A stretch of 64,000 nt of DNA from Octopus sinensis (taxonomy: Eukaryota): positions 5,704,001 to 5,768,000 of the forward strand of contig NC_043002.1 of assembly GCF_006345805.1 (NCBI RefSeq), written 5' to 3'. Positions 59,737 to 64,000 of the stretch are shown in pieces (positions within the stretch are counted from its first letter, which is position 1; every line of letters starts with the position of its first letter). The translations under genes were made by a program, and so were the position numbers. Below the pieces are notes generated by a model, which did no database searches, had not been told where the DNA came from, and was given only the letters and a program-made list of their open reading frames with translations.

Positions 59737-61361
59737 CTAGCAGAATTGCCCGGCGTTGCTCGGGGCTGAATTGCTTGAAAGTACTGTTAATGATTGCACT
59801 GAATTATGATGATTATTCAGGCAAATATTGATAAAAGTTTACGGTGGGAGATAAGGACTTAACGATCAAGCGTGTGCCATTGCATTGCTTTGGGGGAACC
59901 AAATTTCTGATGAGCATTATAGGGGCACCAACTTTAAGTTTGAGAAAGTTGGTGGTAGTCCGGGGTGCTCAAAGGAATTGAGTACCTCTATTGGATAGTT
60001 GATGACGTCCTCTGGGTCAGGAGTTGTATCGATAGACTGATATACATAGACTTCCCCAGGAATGAGTTTTAGCATTTCATCATTAATATGGTGAACAGTT
60101 TTATTCCTCGGGGCCAGTATAGCCTTTTTGCCAATCCAATCCATATTCTGATAATTAGCTTGTAGATCTGGGAACACTGCATCTCTGAGATCAGAAGGCG
60201 TCTTAACAATGGTACAAATGGAATCGATGGCAATATTACCATTTTCATCCCCTGGTATTTTGCCTTCGCCAAGTGCAAGGAGTGTGTGAGGAAATGCTGC
60301 TGATGTGATATTACGTTGCATATGAGCATGCATATTGGTGTGAAGTTTGAGAGTTACTTCCCTTTATTTAAAAAAACATGCATTAAAATGGAAAAAAATG
60401 ATGGTAAATTATTTGTAAAATCATAGACTCATCGTAGACGCACGCTAATACCCAGAAGGGCTCGATATGAATCACGACTATAAGATACCCGGTTTTGGTT
60501 AAACTGCATCGCAAAATGTGGGAGTAGTTAGGAATCTAAATCAGAGTAGACAGACACACAACCTTTCTTTTATATATAAATATTTTCGTCCTAAAAAACT
60601 TTGTATGGATTGAATGGTTACCTCTATGGAAATATATACACGCACATTATACATACATGTGTGTATAGATGAATATATAAATACATTTAAATATCTATAT
60701 ACACTTTTGGGCGATCTTTCTGCTACTTGTATATACTTTAGATGTTATATTCGTCCTAAAAAACTTTGTATGGAGTGAAAGGTTACCTCTATGGAAATAT
60801 ATACACACACATTATACATACATCTGTGTATAGATGAATATATAAATACATTTAAATATCTATATACACTTTTGGGCGATCTTTCTGCTACTTGGATATA
60901 GGTCTTATATTCGTCCTAAAAAACTTTCGTCACACACTCACGCACACACACACACGCACCCTCACACACACGCACACACACACACACACACGCACGTTAG
61001 CTTACAATTTTATTTATATATTTGCGTGTCTATGTGTGTAAAGAGGAAGTGGGAGGCAGAGTGAAAGAGTCACTCACTACAGAAAGTGAATTACTTTCGC
61101 TTTATTCGTTGCACACTGTGTGCGTGCGTTTGCGTGTGCTGTATCCCACACTAAGAGAAGCATTTGACTCATACACCACAATGTGAGTTTTCTCTAAATT
61201 TTGCTTAATTGGGGTTGAAATTTTAAAAAGTGGACCTGGCACGACCCGATGCATTCTACTCTTAAAAATGCTAGGTAAATTGTAATTGAAGAAATCCTAT
61301 ATTGTAGATTTCTATAACTGACAAAGGGAGGCAGATAAAATCTGCCTTTTATAATAAGAGA
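59737..61361 (-). mobile_element. Compound Helitron: family 2 5' module + family 1 5' module + PIF1-like helicase fragment + CTAG end
   Basis: TC start at 61361, second 5' end at about 60582; helicase motifs AILAPRN, YQSID, LKVGAPIMLIRNL..CNGTRL (60340-59850); CCCGAGCAACGCCGGG hairpin and CTAG|T at 59737. Confidence 0.85.
60583..60925. repeat. Tandem duplication of about 162 bp inside the Helitron
   Basis: TCGTCCTAAAAAACTTT at 60587, 60751 and 60911. Confidence 0.9.
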
Positions 61362-61426
61362 TATACAAGCTATATTGTTGGCTTGTAAGAAAATATTCAT
61401 ATCATACACATATATCTCTTTCTCTC

Positions 61427-61829
61427 TTTCTCTTTTACTTGTTTCAGTCATTTGACTGTGGCCATGCTGGAGCACCGCCTTTTAGTCGAGCAAATCGACC
61501 CCGGGTCTTATTCTTTGTAAGCCCAGTACTTATTCTATCGGTCTCTTTTGCCGAACCGCTAAGTTACGGGGATGTAAACACACCAGCATCGGTTGTCAAG
61601 CAATGCTAGGAGGACAAACACAGACACACAAACACATACACACACACACATATATATATACATATATACGACAGGCTTCTTTCAGTTTCCGGCTACCAAA
61701 TCCACTCACAAGGCATTGGTCGGCCCGGGGCTATAGCAGAAGACACTTGCCCAAGATGCCATGCAGTGGGACTGAACCAGGAACCATGTGGTTGGTTAGC
61801 AAGCTACTTACCACACAGCCACTCCTGTG

Positions 61830-61862
<33 letters not shown>

Positions 61863-62375
61863 TCATCATTTAACATCCGCTTTCCATGCTAGCATGGGTT
61901 GGACGATTTTGACTGAGGGCTGGCGAACCAGACGGCCGCATCAGGCTCCAATCTTGATCTGGCAGAATTTCTACAGCTGGATGCCCTTCCTAATGCCAAC
62001 CAATCTGAGAGTGCAATGGGTGCTCTTTACGTGCCACAGGCACAGGGGCCAGTCAGGCGGTACTGGCAATGACCTCGCTCAAATCTTTTTACACATGCCA
62101 CCAGCACAGGTGCCAGTAAGGCAATGTTGGTAACGATCACGTTCGAACGGTGTCTTTTATGTGCCACTGGCACAGAGGCCAGACAGCCACTCAGGCAATG
62201 ATCACACTCGGATGGTGCTCTTTAAGGCGACGCTGGTAACGATCACACTTGAATGGTGCCTTTTAAGTGCCACTGGCACGGAAGCCGGTTAGCTGCTCTG
62301 TCAATGATAACACTTGTATGGTGCTCTTTGCACCCCGCTACCACAGACGCCAGTCATCGAATTTGATTTTGATTC
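61427..62375 (-). mobile_element. Family B SINE (61427-61828) and long C2 copy (61860-62375)
   Basis: Direct similarity to the other copies. Confidence 0.85.
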
Positions 62376-62597
62376 TGATCTTTGATTTAAATATATATAT
62401 ATATATATACTACAAAATTAGAGAATGGAGAAACATACTTAAATCAATAAAACATCAACTATCCGATGATACCCAATCAATACTTTAATACACCATTACA
62501 TATGAGTAAAGGCATTATACAAAATGAGATATACAGTAATAGTAAAAAGATAAAGAGATATAAGTAAAAAATTTCAAATATAATATGCAATTAAATC

Positions 62598-62712
62598 AAA
62601 ACTGACAGCTGTTTCGGCAGTGAGGGCAGTCATACCTCATTTAACCTCTAAGCCATAAAGGCAGGTATAAATGAGGCATTAACAAGGATGCCCCACGGCC
62701 TCTTCAGAGAAT
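62598..62712 (-). ncRNA. Candidate type I hammerhead ribozyme in a Penelope-like terminal repeat
   Basis: Minus strand: CUGAAGA (62707-62701), stem II GGCCGUGGGGCA/UGCCCUCACUGCC with inner helix AUGCCUCAUUUA/UAAAUGAGGUAU, GAAA, palindromic CAGCUG stem III, GUC cleavage triplet (62606-62604 region). Stem I is weak. Confidence 0.7.
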
Positions 62713-63049
62713 TAAATTAAATTTGTTATAATTGTGAAAAATATTATATAACCATATACATATAAATATAAAAATATAAAAATGTAAAATATAAAAACTT
62801 ATATATCATAATGCTACACTTATATAATATAATACTCATTGGTACAATAAAGGAAGGTAAACAGAACAAAATAAAACAAAATATATATCAGTGTATATAT
62901 TAATATTAATAAGTACCGATATTATACATATTTGGCTAATAGTTTTTTTAAAAAAACTAACACATAGGGAGATGAAAAATAATAATTAAAACCATGGTTC
63001 AGTTCATAAAATTCTAAAGCTATGAAAGTTAATAAAAATTACTATTAAT

Positions 63050-63107
<58 letters not shown>
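63050..63107. repeat. (TAA)n microsatellite
   Basis: Directly visible. Confidence 0.95.
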
Positions 63108-64000
63108 GATACAGTTAAGTTTGCACCAAGTCCATCCTTTCAAGATCGAAATAACTGATCACTGATCACTAGGTAAAGAAAATTTAGATTAATTCGATTG
63201 GCTATTGGTTTGAAATTTAAATCACAAAAGAAAATTATATATATATATATAAACACACACACAGATAGATGATAGGAAATGGAATGAATGAAATTCTTTA
63301 TTTAAAATCACTATAATTGTTTCAATATATTTCTACACCTGTAGTACATTGGTGAAGTACTCTGTAATCATTATCATGCATCTAAGGTGTAAAATACACC
63401 TCCTCAAATGATAGTTTAAATATGTCCTTTATTAGATCCTACTGTCATTTCCACTATATGATGACATCAGGTAGCCAATAACTGAAGATGAGCTCTGCAT
63501 AGCATTCTACAGGGTTTTAACCTTAATCTTATTTAACTATATGAGTGTGTGTGTGTGTGTACACACACACACACACACATGTATAGAGAAAGGGAGAGAG
63601 ACGGGGAGAGCAGAATGGTATATACATACATATTCTCTAACATACAACCTTCTTAGATTGTAGAAAGGTGGAGAGAAGAGTAGCTTGCTTTAATCTATGT
63701 ATACACTTCACTCTTAAGTCTTTGAGATATATCACAAATTGTGGGGCAGGGGCACCTCACCTTCAACAATTTAGATCTGCTGATCAGAATCAAAATTAGT
63801 ACTCCAAGAAAATTTTCTTATAGCATCAAACATTGCTTAAAAACTACAAATTACATTGTATTCATCTTCAAACCCTGTCTAAAAGAAAAGCATAAACCTG
63901 ATTTTAAGAACAGGCCCAAAACCCTTAGACTTAGGCAGAATAGCATATAGGTCCAAGCACATCTGCATAATCATCATCATCGTTTAACGTCCGTTTTCCA

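Noticed and set aside
63755-63880. Minus-strand candidate 5' exon of the host gene (TTTTCTTTTAGACAG ... AAG|GTGAGG)
   Set aside because: Stops in all frames and nothing links it to the gene; it could be a UTR exon but is unsupported.

Overview
Eukaryotic, AT-rich, repeat-dense DNA. The SINE, RTE, Helitron and Penelope repertoire suggests an octopus or other coleoid cephalopod; this is inferred from recalled repeat families, not from a search. One host gene can be reconstructed on the minus strand from six GT-AG exons whose phases fit together (54742-54689, 51586-51440, 51057-50748, 44061-42763, 39126-38977, 34859-34747). They give about 690 aa of a low-complexity acidic and Ser/Arg/Lys-rich protein; the start codon was not found. 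The largest element is a near full-length 5.9 kb Tx1/L1-clade non-LTR retrotransposon (13391-19255) with ORF1 zinc knuckle, APE endonuclease, RT and C-terminal Zn finger, broken by about 5 frameshifts and sitting inside an (ATT)n microsatellite. The rest is mainly tRNA-derived SINEs, RTE 3' fragments (one with a PHD finger in ORF2), CR1-like and Dong/R4-like remnants, three non-autonomous Helitron families, piggyBac/hAT-like pieces, Penelope-like foldbacks and microsatellites. Best leads: (1) a hammerhead ribozyme with intact core and a very long stem II at 62598-62712 (-), plus two degenerate relatives sharing an A.A variant at the stem II base; (2) apparent (ATT)n targeting by the Tx1 element; (3) a compound Helitron at 59737-61361; (4) a PHD finger inside RTE ORF2; (5) a MITE carrying an endonuclease fragment; (6) several intronic inverted duplications that could form dsRNA. 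No CRISPR array, rRNA or bona fide tRNA gene is supported. Family assignments come from motif recognition by eye, and coordinates of degenerate repeats are approximate.
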